From: Candidatus Micrarchaeota archaeon
GTDB lineage: Archaea > Micrarchaeota > Micrarchaeia > Micrarchaeales > CABMGC01
Direction: 5' to 3'
DNA length: 64,000 nt
NCBI GenBank assembly: GCA_021797995.1
Contig: JAJZYR010000001.1
Coordinates: 6,114-70,113 of the forward strand
Shown here: positions 55,975 to 64,000 of the stretch, in pieces
How the letters are laid out: each line of letters opens with the position of its first letter
Numbering within the stretch: position 1 is the stretch's first letter
The notes under the pieces: model-generated
Database searches by the model: none
What the model saw: the letters and a program-made list of their open reading frames with translations, nothing else
What the model was told of the DNA's origin: nothing
Program-made: the position numbers and the translations under genes

Positions 55975-57273
55975 TCAGTCCCCAGCTCTAAGTGCCCATA
56001 CCCTTACTTCTGTCTTGCGGTCTTCAATGGCACCATCCCCTACCAGCTCTTCTACAACTACCGTACGTATATCCGAGGCGGCTATCTTCCCTATTGTCTT
56101 TTTCATTTCTAGTCTATGCCTCGGATTGTCTATTGAGTAGAAAAATGCAGTGGTTGCGCTCTTGCCTTTGGTTCCGGGCTTAAGAACTGCATCGCTCACG
56201 CCGTTTATGTGCATCCAGTCAAGCACGGTTGAGAACGCCATTTCTGTGCCATTGCCTATCTCAACCCGCAACATTTTGGGAACGCAGACCAGTCTCTCAA
56301 GGTCGGCTCTCAAGTCTATGTCGACTGTCTCTGTCACTGCTTGCTTCTGCATTAAAGGTATAAAACGCGGAGGGTCTATCATACGCAGGCCATCTACTTC
56401 TGCTTTGTTTAACCTTTCGACCTCTACTTGGCTAGCTGCTCTGAAGAATCTCAGCACAGGCGGGGCACTTGCATTATATGCACCGCTTTGCACCCTGTTC
56501 AGGAAATCGTCTTTTGTAAGCAATTCTGCATGAATTCCTGCGCCATTAAGCCTCTCTTTGATGCCTTCAAACTCGAAAGGCATCCCCTGCAGCATGCGAT
56601 CGTCTTGATACACGATCATTACACTGTTCCGGCTATCCACAAACCCTTTAGCCATATTGGCATACATGCCTGCAAAGTCGAGGCCCGTCCCTGCCAAGCC
56701 ATGCATCTGTGAACCAAGCACGAAGCCAAGATTGGACTCTCCAACATCAACCAGCCACCACTCATATAAACCATTTGACCTTTCTAGCACAAAGTCAGCT
56801 CTGATGCAGTACTTCGACCCGTCTGGATCCAAGTGCGTGGATATCAGTTCGGTGGCGGCTCTGAGCCTCTGGAAGGATACCTCATCTATCTTAAGCGAGT
56901 ACGTTGCCGGGACAGAAAACAGCATTGGACCTTCTTCGAAAGTAATTGACCCTGACCGGTTCATGACGTTGGAAGATATGCAATCGCCGGAAGCGGACCA
57001 TGGCGCCCACGATGTCTTTGCAGAGCCGCCAGCCCTGAGTATTGAGCTCTTGAGTATGCCATCGATGAACGTTACTTCACTGGCGGATTTTATGTCTCCC
57101 CTGTCCATAACCCGCAACGCGCTGCCACGTAACTGGACGCGCAGCGCAGATTCGAGATCCGAATGCTGCCTTGCGAATTCCAGCAGCTCCCCTCCCGTAT
57201 TAAGGCGCTTGAGGTCTTTCCAATAAGAGAAGGGCACATTCTGCACCTTGGCAAGACCGCCGCGCTGGACCAT
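55975..57273 (-). CDS. Putative ATP-grasp ligase (circularly permuted/GSP-synthase-like)
   Basis: IRADFV...WLVDVGESNLG, then VLKPGTKGKS, VVVEELV, EVRVW; start could extend to 57303. Confidence 0.6.
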   Translation of the reverse strand: MVQRGGLAKVQNVPFSYWKDLKRLNTGGELLEFARQHSDLESALRVQLRGSALRVMDRGDIKSASEVTFIDGILKSSILRAGGSAKTSWAPWSASGDCISSNVMNRSGSITFEEGPMLFSVPATYSLKIDEVSFQRLRAATELISTHLDPDGSKYCIRADFVLERSNGLYEWWLVDVGESNLGFVLGSQMHGLAGTGLDFAGMYANMAKGFVDSRNSVMIVYQDDRMLQGMPFEFEGIKERLNGAGIHAELLTKDDFLNRVQSGAYNASAPPVLRFFRAASQVEVERLNKAEVDGLRMIDPPRFIPLMQKQAVTETVDIDLRADLERLVCVPKMLRVEIGNGTEMAFSTVLDWMHINGVSDAVLKPGTKGKSATTAFFYSIDNPRHRLEMKKTIGKIAASDIRTVVVEELVGDGAIEDRKTEVRVWALRAGD

Positions 57274-57292
57274 TAGTCTCTCCGTTGTGCAT

Positions 57293-58393
57293 TTATCTAT
57301 CAACGCAGGCCATCACCAGATCCAGCGAACCCATTATCGAGAAGAGGTCCGCGAACCGCTGCTCCTTTGCCATGTGCTCCAGTGCGAAGAGATTTATGAA
57401 GCATGGGGAGCGCACCGAGAGCCTGTACGGCCGCTGCGGATCGGCGATCATGTACATCATGCCCTCGCCACGGGGCAGCTCCCTGCTCACTGAAGCTATG
57501 CGATTCTTTGCTGCAGGCCCTATGAGCCTCACCTGGGCCCCCAATGCGTCTCCCTCAGGCATCCTCTTCAGAGCCCCGCGTATGAGCCTTATGCTTTCCT
57601 TTATCTCAAGTATCCTGACCTTGTACCTGGCAAGGTTGTCTCCGCCGCCCAGGACCTGGGAGTTGAAGTTGAGTTCACGGTAGGCGTAATATGGCCTTGC
57701 CTTCCTCACGTCGTAGTCAACGTTCGATGCCCTCAGGACCGGACCGGTGACGCCAAGCCCCTTTGCTTCCTCTGCAGTGAGTATCCCCACGCCTTTCATC
57801 CGCTCCATAAACACAGGATTTGACTCTAGGTATTTACCATACACCTCAAGCCTCTTTTCAATGTGGCCTAGGAGCGACTGGCAGTCTTCATCGAAGCCCG
57901 GAGGGAGATCGCGGGCAACGCCACCCAGCCTCATGTTTACATAGAACATGCGCTGGCCTGTGGCCTGCTCGAGAAGCGCAAGGACCCTGTCCCTGTCCTC
58001 GAACACCCACATGAACATGGTGAACATCTGGCCCATGTCGTTGCAGAGCGCGCCGATGAAGAATAGATGACTTGCTATTCGCTGGAGCTCCAATTCGATG
58101 ACTCTTATATACTGCGCCCTTTCCTTTACCTCTATGCCAAGCGCAGCCTCGACTGTTGCGACATATGCCTCGTCATATGCAAGCGGCGCGACATAGTCAA
58201 GCTTCTCCATGTAAGGCGGGCACTGCATGTACATGCGCGTCTCTACTAGCTTCTCCACCCCCCTGTGCAGGAACCCTACGTGCGCCTCGAGGTTCTTGAT
58301 TGTATCACCGTCAAGGTCAACGACAAGCCTGAGCACGCCATGGGTGCTCGGATGCACGGGCCCTATGTTGATTTTTGTCGTCGTCTTTGTCAC
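57293..58393 (-). CDS. nuoD: Complex I-like subunit D
   Basis: NIGPVHPSTHGVLRL, GFLHRGVEK, RIASH, ELPRGE, C-terminal VDR; GTG start overlapping nuoC stop. Confidence 0.95.
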   Translation of the reverse strand: MTKTTTKINIGPVHPSTHGVLRLVVDLDGDTIKNLEAHVGFLHRGVEKLVETRMYMQCPPYMEKLDYVAPLAYDEAYVATVEAALGIEVKERAQYIRVIELELQRIASHLFFIGALCNDMGQMFTMFMWVFEDRDRVLALLEQATGQRMFYVNMRLGGVARDLPPGFDEDCQSLLGHIEKRLEVYGKYLESNPVFMERMKGVGILTAEEAKGLGVTGPVLRASNVDYDVRKARPYYAYRELNFNSQVLGGGDNLARYKVRILEIKESIRLIRGALKRMPEGDALGAQVRLIGPAAKNRIASVSRELPRGEGMMYMIADPQRPYRLSVRSPCFINLFALEHMAKEQRFADLFSIMGSLDLVMACVDR

Positions 58394-58767
58394 CCTTCGG
58401 CCTTGTACTCCGAGTTCCAGGCGAAGCTCTTCCTGAACGGCGGCTCCGTGCCGTCCCACTTCTCGAGCAGAAGCCTCCTGGCGGCCCTGCCCCTTATTTG
58501 TATCCCGAACATCTCTGAGAGCTCCCTTTCATACCAGTCCGCGCACGGAAAGATGTCTATTATGGTAGGCACCCATGCGTCCTTGCAGTCGAGGTCTGCT
58601 TCGATGATGTCGTCCCTGTTGCCGCCTATGTCCCTCAGAAAATAGATAACAGTAATGCTCTGCACATAGTCGATTGCGGTTATTTTCACCAGGTAATCGA
58701 AGCCGGATTTCCTCATTTCCTGCGCTTTCTGCGCTATGTCTTCCGCATTAACTTTCAATAGCTCCAC
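58390..58767 (-). CDS. nuoC: Complex I-like subunit C
   Basis: [27 protein letters not shown]. Confidence 0.92.
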   Translation of the reverse strand: MELLKVNAEDIAQKAQEMRKSGFDYLVKITAIDYVQSITVIYFLRDIGGNRDDIIEADLDCKDAWVPTIIDIFPCADWYERELSEMFGIQIRGRAARRLLLEKWDGTEPPFRKSFAWNSEYKAEG

Positions 58768-59326
58768 CTATCTTCTCCTGCAGTTTGATCAGGGACGCGA
58801 ACAGGCTCTCTGGTCTGGGAGGGCATCCTGCAACGTATACGTCCACTGGCAGCACCTGATCTATTCCCTTCACGATATTGTAGCTCTCCCACCATGGACC
58901 ACCACATGTTGCGCACTCGCCGAATGCGATCACATGCCTCGGCTCGGCCATCTGCTCGTAGAGCCTTTTTATCTCAGGGACCATTGACTTTGTGACCCAG
59001 CCTGCGACAAGCATGACATCGCACTGCCGCGGCGTGGCCCTGAAGAGAAGATACCCCTTCCTCTCTGCGTCTATCCTTGCGGCGCCGAAGTCCATGAGCT
59101 CTATGGCACAGCAGGCGAGCCCGAACTGCAACGGCCATAGCGAGTTCTTCCTAGACCAGTTGACCGCACCCTTGGTCCCGGGAACCATCTTCAGGAGGTC
59201 CGATAGCCTTGCAAAAATCGCATTTGGCTTTATCTCCCTATAACTTATGGAGTCGGCAACCAGCTTGTCCATCTCCCGCTTTGCACTCAGGAACTCGCCG
59301 CTGCTTCTGTCTATCTGCTCTGTCAT
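58748..59326 (-). CDS. nuoB: Complex I-like subunit B
   Basis: [35 protein letters not shown]. Confidence 0.96.
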   Translation of the reverse strand: MTEQIDRSSGEFLSAKREMDKLVADSISYREIKPNAIFARLSDLLKMVPGTKGAVNWSRKNSLWPLQFGLACCAIELMDFGAARIDAERKGYLLFRATPRQCDVMLVAGWVTKSMVPEIKRLYEQMAEPRHVIAFGECATCGGPWWESYNIVKGIDQVLPVDVYVAGCPPRPESLFASLIKLQEKIGGAIES

Positions 59327-59330
59327 GGTC

Positions 59331-59702
59331 TTACACCTGCGCCTCCCTTGCAAATATGATTATGAACATCTCGAATATAAAACCTGACACAAAAAGGCCA
59401 AGGATATAATAATTTGCAACGACTGGCAGCGCCCTTGCGGACAGGATCCACATGAGCATTATCGCCGCTATAACCTCAAATGACAGGAACATCGGAAAGT
59501 AGTGCAGGTACTCGTTCATCACGCTGGTGCGCCCACCTGAACTGCTCTCCGCACTCTCATAGCTGTTGTCCTTTACGGAATTAGGCCTGCTGCCCCTTCG
59601 TATGAACTTTGAGGTAAGGAGCATAAGGAGCGGTTCCATGACGGCAAATGCAGCAAGTATTATTATTGCGACGTATACGGAAACCATGATTGAAGATGCC
59701 AT
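59331..59702 (-). CDS. nuoA: Complex I-like subunit A
   Basis: Three TM helices, KxxSYESAE loop, FLSFEV; first gene of the operon. Confidence 0.85.
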   Translation of the reverse strand: MASSIMVSVYVAIIILAAFAVMEPLLMLLTSKFIRRGSRPNSVKDNSYESAESSSGGRTSVMNEYLHYFPMFLSFEVIAAIMLMWILSARALPVVANYYILGLFVSGFIFEMFIIIFAREAQV

Positions 59703-59753
59703 GTGAAAGTTTATAATATGTTGTCGTTACATCTTACTACCGTCGGATTCATC

Positions 59754-59828
59754 GGGTCCGTAACTCAGTTTGGCTAGAGTGAGAGGCTTTTAACCTCCAA
59801 GTCGTGGGTTCAAATCCCACCGGGCCCG
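59754..59828 (+). tRNA. tRNA-Lys (UUU), no intron, CCA not encoded
   Basis: Acceptor GGGTCCG/CGGGCCC, anticodon loop CTTTTAA in GAGG/CCTC stem, T-loop TTCAAAT. Confidence 0.93.
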
Positions 59829-59925
59829 CCTATTCTTACCCTTCAGCGGGGCAGGGTTCAAATCCGAATTTCAAGCATGTGCAAGAAGCGCAGGAAGCGG
59901 CGCGGTCCGTGCGCGCCATGGCAAG

Positions 59926-60353
59926 TCATTCCTGTCCGTGCGCCTTGAGCGCGGCCCTGGCGATGTCCCTGACCCTCTTCCCTGCCCTCCTCTCCCTCAC
60001 CCTCCTGAAGAAGTTCTGGTACGCCCTCTGCAGCCTTACGAATACGTTCTGGAGGGCCTGCGAGTATATCCTGTTGAGTTCCCCATTCTCACCCCTATCT
60101 CTTTCATGAACCTGTTGAATGTGGACTTTGTTATCTGCAGGTTCCTGCCCTTCAGGTACTCCTCCTTCGCCATCCCAAGGAGTTTGTTGTAGAGGAATCG
60201 CGCGAGTTCTATCTGTTCGTCTATCTCCCTCTGCCTCTTGGCGTCGGGATAGATCCTGAACCTGTACGCCCGCACAGATTCCATGACATTTATTATATTG
60301 TAAGTGTTTATACGCCTTCACTTCATCCCGCGATTGAAATCGTGGGTTTTCAG
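59926..60353 (-). pseudogene. tnpB: Truncated, frameshifted IS200/IS605 tnpB with left end
   Basis: MESVRAYRFRIYPDAKRQ...ARFLYNKLL in one frame, IYSQALQNVFVRLQRAYQNFF in another; left-end hairpin CCCACGATT-TC-AATCGCGGG. Confidence 0.88.
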
Positions 60354-60514
60354 CTCAGATGAATCATTATAATAGCAGCAGAGGTGCTGACCGCTCTTGC
60401 GGCATACCTCTCACTGAGGGGCAGGGCTGGAGGGATTGGGGATCCACATGAACTGGATATATATACGTTATCCGGTCAAGACTCTCTGAACCAGACCAGC
60501 AAACTAGTGGCAGC

Positions 60515-61975
60515 ATGACGGATGAGTTCAGACTTGAGAAGCTGAAGAAGCTGAGGGATCTCGGCATAAATCCTTACCCCTACTCTTACAGAGTCACCCA
60601 CAAGGCGAGGGACGTGGTTTCCATGTTCGCGTCGCTTGAGGGCAAGGCCGTGAGCATAGCAGGCAGAATGGTGAAGAGGAGGGAGATGGGGAAGCTCTTC
60701 TTCATAGACCTGCTCGATGACAGCGGCAAGGTGCAGGTAATGGTGACAGAGGGCTCTGCCGGGAAGGGCTTGATGGATGTGGTGAGGCTCACCGATGTCG
60801 GGGACATAATAGGGGTGAGGGGCACGGTGACGAAGAGCATGAGAGGGGAGGTGACTGTGGATGCGAAAGAGGTGACGATACTCGCCAAGTCCCTCGCGAC
60901 GCTCCCGGAGAAGTACCACGGGCTCACCGACATCGAGGCGAGATACAGGAAGAGGCATTTGGACCTGATCATGAATCCGAATGTGAGGAGTTTCTTCGTC
61001 ACGCGCGCCGCAATACTCAAGTACCTCAGGGATGCGCTTGATTCCTTAGGGTATATCGAGTTTGAGACGCCGGTGCTCCAGCCTGCATACGGAGGAGCCA
61101 ACGCAAAGCCTTTCCTTACCGAGTACAATGCGCTCGACGCTAAGGTCTTCCTCAGGATATCGGATGAGCTATACCTCAAGAGGCTGGTAATCGGAGGATT
61201 CGAGAAGGTCTACGAGGTCTCCAAGGACTTCAGGAACGAGGACATAGACTCTACGCACAACCCTGAGTTCACGCAGATAGAGTTCTATGAAGCTTACAGG
61301 GATTACGAGGACTTCATGAAGCTAACTGAGAAAATGATGTCTGGGCTCGTGAAGAAGCTCTTTGGCAGCCACAAGATAGGGTATCAGGGCAGGGAGCTCG
61401 ATTTCACTCCGCCGTTTGCGAGGGTGCACTGGGTTGAGGAGCTAAAGAAGAGGGCCGGAATAGACATAACGGAGATGGGCGACGACGAGGCCGCCGAGAT
61501 CGCAAGTAGGGAAAAGCTTGGGATAGGGATAAAGAACGCATATCACGTGGCTGACGGTCTGTTCGACAAGTACGTAAAGCCGGAGCTCTGGAACCCTGCC
61601 TTCGTAGTCGATTATCCATCGTACATGTGCCCGCTCACCAAGGATAAACGCGGAAACCCTAAGCTAAGCGAGAGGTTCGAGTTCTTCATAGCCGGTAGGG
61701 AGCTGGGTAATTGCTATTCAGAGCTCACCGACCCGGTCGAACAGAGGGAGAAGTTCGAGCGGCAGGATGCGGAGAGGGGAAAGGGCGATTACGAGGCGCC
61801 TCCGAGTGACGCTGATTTCCTTGAAGCGATGGAATACGGCATGCCGCCGACCGCCGGGATGGGCATTGCGATAGACAGGCTGGCGATGATACTCACAGAC
61901 AACATATCCATCAAGGAAGTGATGCCGTTTCCTGCCGTCAGACCAGATAGGAAAGCTGAACGCGAGAAGGAGTAG
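60515..61975 (+). CDS. lysS: Lysyl-tRNA synthetase, class II
   Basis: OB-fold N-terminus, RYRKRHLDL, motif 2 FRNEDIDSTHNPEF, motif 3 YGMPPTAGMGIAIDR. Confidence 0.97.
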   Translation: MTDEFRLEKLKKLRDLGINPYPYSYRVTHKARDVVSMFASLEGKAVSIAGRMVKRREMGKLFFIDLLDDSGKVQVMVTEGSAGKGLMDVVRLTDVGDIIGVRGTVTKSMRGEVTVDAKEVTILAKSLATLPEKYHGLTDIEARYRKRHLDLIMNPNVRSFFVTRAAILKYLRDALDSLGYIEFETPVLQPAYGGANAKPFLTEYNALDAKVFLRISDELYLKRLVIGGFEKVYEVSKDFRNEDIDSTHNPEFTQIEFYEAYRDYEDFMKLTEKMMSGLVKKLFGSHKIGYQGRELDFTPPFARVHWVEELKKRAGIDITEMGDDEAAEIASREKLGIGIKNAYHVADGLFDKYVKPELWNPAFVVDYPSYMCPLTKDKRGNPKLSERFEFFIAGRELGNCYSELTDPVEQREKFERQDAERGKGDYEAPPSDADFLEAMEYGMPPTAGMGIAIDRLAMILTDNISIKEVMPFPAVRPDRKAEREKE

Positions 61976-62003
61976 CTGCACGGAATCCTGTCTGGCTCAA
62001 TAG

Positions 62004-62747
62004 TCATGTATATGAAAAGGCTGCGCTTATGCTTGTAACCACGGAACTGGACCCTGAGAAGATTATAGGGCCTGAGCTCTTTGCTGATCCCGCATTTACC
62101 GCACCGTAAAAGATAGGGTAGACAGGATAGCTGTTTATGGTTATGTTGCGTACCGACACTGTCGCATTTCCAGCAACTATCTGAGCCTGGCCCGTTGCAT
62201 TCAGGAGTGCTTTTTTGAGCGATTCTGATTTCAGGGCCGAGAGCTGAGATTCGGAGAACTGCGCGTTCACGTTTTCTATGTATACGCTGGATATATTCGA
62301 GAGCGCAGCAGCTGCGGCGCTTGCATTGCTGAATTCAGGTATTGTAACGGTAAGCGACTCCGCCGCTTCATACCCTGTCGCGTTGCATGTGCCATTGTAT
62401 GGCCTGCTGGCGTATATGTAATTGCACGTATTCTTCCGCACCGAGTAGTATGTCGTAGATATCAGGCTCTGGTTCCCGTTTACGTAGTTGTAAAGCGTCT
62501 TGTTTACCAGGCTTATGGTTTCAGACAGGTTTGCAGCTGCAGCCTCTGCGTCGGCTCCGGTGCCGTTCGCGGACAGTGAGATGCGTGCCTCCGACGGAAT
62601 TGCCGATGCGGAACCCGTAGCCGAGACAAAGATGGTATGCGCTCCTTGAACTGCCGACCTGCTGCCTAAAACAGGATAGAGCACCGGCACTGCAAGCAGC
62701 AGGACTGCGACAAGGGCTATTATCGCAACGATAAGATCCGCTTTCAT
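62004..62747 (-). CDS. SIMPL (DUF541) domain protein
   Basis: Signal anchor, TIFVSATGSASAIP, LKKALLNATGQAQ, terminal V-S-A-F strand. Confidence 0.75.
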   Translation of the reverse strand: MKADLIVAIIALVAVLLLAVPVLYPVLGSRSAVQGAHTIFVSATGSASAIPSEARISLSANGTGADAEAAAANLSETISLVNKTLYNYVNGNQSLISTTYYSVRKNTCNYIYASRPYNGTCNATGYEAAESLTVTIPEFSNASAAAAALSNISSVYIENVNAQFSESQLSALKSESLKKALLNATGQAQIVAGNATVSVRNITINSYPVYPIFYGAVNAGSAKSSGPIIFSGSSSVVTSISAAFSYT

Positions 62748-62977
62748 ACTCTGACATTGTGGTGCATATGTTTATAAGATATTGCTGGTTTCATGGGGTT
62801 TTAGTCCTGCCTGACCCATATCGCTTCCACTATGCCAAGGCATATATGCCGGCATCTTCTGGCCAGGAGCCTCGCTGGATAAGCGAGTTTACGGCAAGCT
62901 TTGCGGCATTTCCGTCAAACTGCAGATTTAGGCAATGTTTTTATAATGGGTAGGTTGCAATATATACGGGAGATCCA

Positions 62978-63118
62978 ATGGAAGCATATTGTATGAAGTG
63001 CAAGCAGAAGAAGGAGATGAAGGACGCTAAGGAAGTTACCATGAAGAATGGGAGGAAGGCGAGTTCTGGAAGTTGTCCTGTCTGCGGAACGAAGATGTTC
63101 AAGATAGGCGGGAAGTAG
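62978..63118 (+). CDS. 46-aa zinc-ribbon protein (DUF5679-like; missing from the ORF track)
   Basis: Hand-translated MEAYCMKCKQKKEMKDAKEVTMKNGRKASSGSCPVCGTKMFKIGGK. Confidence 0.85.
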   Translation: MEAYCMKCKQKKEMKDAKEVTMKNGRKASSGSCPVCGTKMFKIGGK

Positions 63119-63197
63119 CCTTTTCATCTATTCTAATGGCAGGCCGTCCCGAGTCGTAGTTAGATTTGGTAAAGCTGCCAAGGACAGGGAAAGGGAA

Positions 63198-63473
63198 CTA
63201 CAGCCGCTGCTTGGCGCGATGAAGGAACTCAAACCGAAAAGGAGCATACTTGCGACTTTCGAGCGTATTCTCAAGAAGAGGGTTGTAGAAGTCCTTTGCA
63301 AGAACGAGCCTCTCGTCTGTCTCCCTCCGCCTCTTGGCGTCGGGATAGACCCTGAACCCGTATGCCAGCACAGCTCCCATGGCGTATGTATCGCAGCGCA
63401 TTTATACGCCTTGCTGCGGTCCGCTCTCATCCTCATTATGAATGGGCGTGATTTCCCGCTCGCAGGCCTTTAA
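63198..63473 (-). pseudogene. tnpB: IS200/IS605 left end plus tnpB 5' remnant
   Basis: ATG at 63380 gives MGAVLAYGFRVYPDAKRRRETDERLVLAKDFYNPLLE; left end shared with the MITE at 49543. Confidence 0.8.
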
Positions 63474-63480
63474 TCCACTC

Positions 63481-64000
63481 TTACCTTCCGGCTTCTCTCC
63501 TCGGACCGAGTATCTTGTCAAGCGTCTTCCTGTCAAGGATCTTCATCTCAAGGCATACCTCCTTTATTGTCTTGTTCTCTTTGAGTGCCCTCCGTGCAAT
63601 CTTCGCCGCCTTTTCATAGCCTATGTACTGGTTCAGGGCTGTCGCAAGCGAGAGGTTCTCATCAAGGTGCTTTGATATGGAGGCCCTATCGGCCCTTATC
63701 CCGTTGATGCAGCTCTTCCTGAATACGCCAAGTGCATTGGCAAGTATGTCTATGGAAAAGATCGTGTTATACGATATCAGCGGCATGAAGACATTCAGTT
63801 CTAGCTGGCCGTTCTCCGCCGCTTCAGTTATGCCTGCGTTCAGCCCTATGACCTCAAAGCACACCATGGTGAGCATCTCCGGAACGCTTGGATTTACCTT
63901 GCCCGGCATTATCGACGAGCCTGGCATCGTCTCAGGCAGCAGTATCTCATGCATTCCAGCCCTGGGGCCTGATGCGAGCAGGCGCAGGTCGTTCGCTATC
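63481..64000 (-). CDS. fumC: Class II fumarate hydratase/aspartase, C-terminal part (runs off the window)
   Basis: Signature GSSIMPGKVNP, GQLELNVFMP, IGYEKAAKIA. Confidence 0.88.
   Translation of the reverse strand, partial: IANDLRLLASGPRAGMHEILLPETMPGSSIMPGKVNPSVPEMLTMVCFEVIGLNAGITEAAENGQLELNVFMPLISYNTIFSIDILANALGVFRKSCINGIRADRASISKHLDENLSLATALNQYIGYEKAAKIARRALKENKTIKEVCLEMKILDRKTLDKILGPRREAGR

Noticed and set aside
57293..58393. Group 4 [NiFe]-hydrogenase large subunit
   Set aside because: No N-terminal CxxC or C-terminal DPCxxC nickel ligands; this is NuoD-type.
59854..59865. 12-bp copy (GGGTTCAAATCC) of the tRNA-Lys T-arm as an att site
   Set aside because: Too short, only ~48 nt from the original and no integrase nearby; could be chance or an uninterpretable scar.
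1..64000. CRISPR array, cas genes or rRNA genes
   Set aside because: No regularly spaced 25-45 nt repeats, no cas motifs and no rRNA signature sequences were seen.
1..64000. Numerous long antisense/overlapping ORFs in the track (e.g. 30686-31558, 51635-52663, 47660-48433, 7805-8485)
   Set aside because: They are shadows of well-supported genes on the opposite strand or frame, with no recognisable motifs.

Overview
Archaeal chromosomal window, most consistent with a DPANN archaeon of the Micrarchaeota type (inference from the archaeal histone, divergent ribosomal proteins, tandem ftsZ, class II LysRS and Cys-rich beta-helix surface proteins). Most of it is housekeeping: priS, histone, an ABC transporter, rpl30e-rps12-rps7-EF-2-rpl7ae-rps28e-rpl24e, thiI, rpl15e-pcc1, the rpl3...rpl29-SUI1 block, Hel308, sepF, trmJ, rps24e/rps27ae/aIF5A, two ftsZ, DNA ligase, a SUF operon whose sufB carries a 171-aa mini-intein, aIF5B, ndk, a complex I-like nuo operon lacking nuoE/F/G/M, lysS, fumarase, and tRNA-Thr(CGU) and tRNA-Lys(UUU). 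Four accessory elements stand out. (1) A compact operon of KaiC-like ATPase, tandem V4R-domain protein, divergent GGGP-synthase/PcrB-like prenyltransferase and HAD phosphatase, followed by a second KaiC-like ATPase; this is a candidate lipid/small-molecule signalling system. (2) A 2,056-bp unit bounded by a perfect 90-bp direct repeat, encoding a repeat-repeat-ADP-ribosyltransferase-like protein. (3) Several decayed IS200/IS605 tnpB elements, including a ~226-bp MITE that looks like a promoter plus omegaRNA scaffold. (4) An ATP-grasp/HAD/tnpB-remnant insertion splitting the nuo operon. All calls come from motif reading by eye; no database searches were run.
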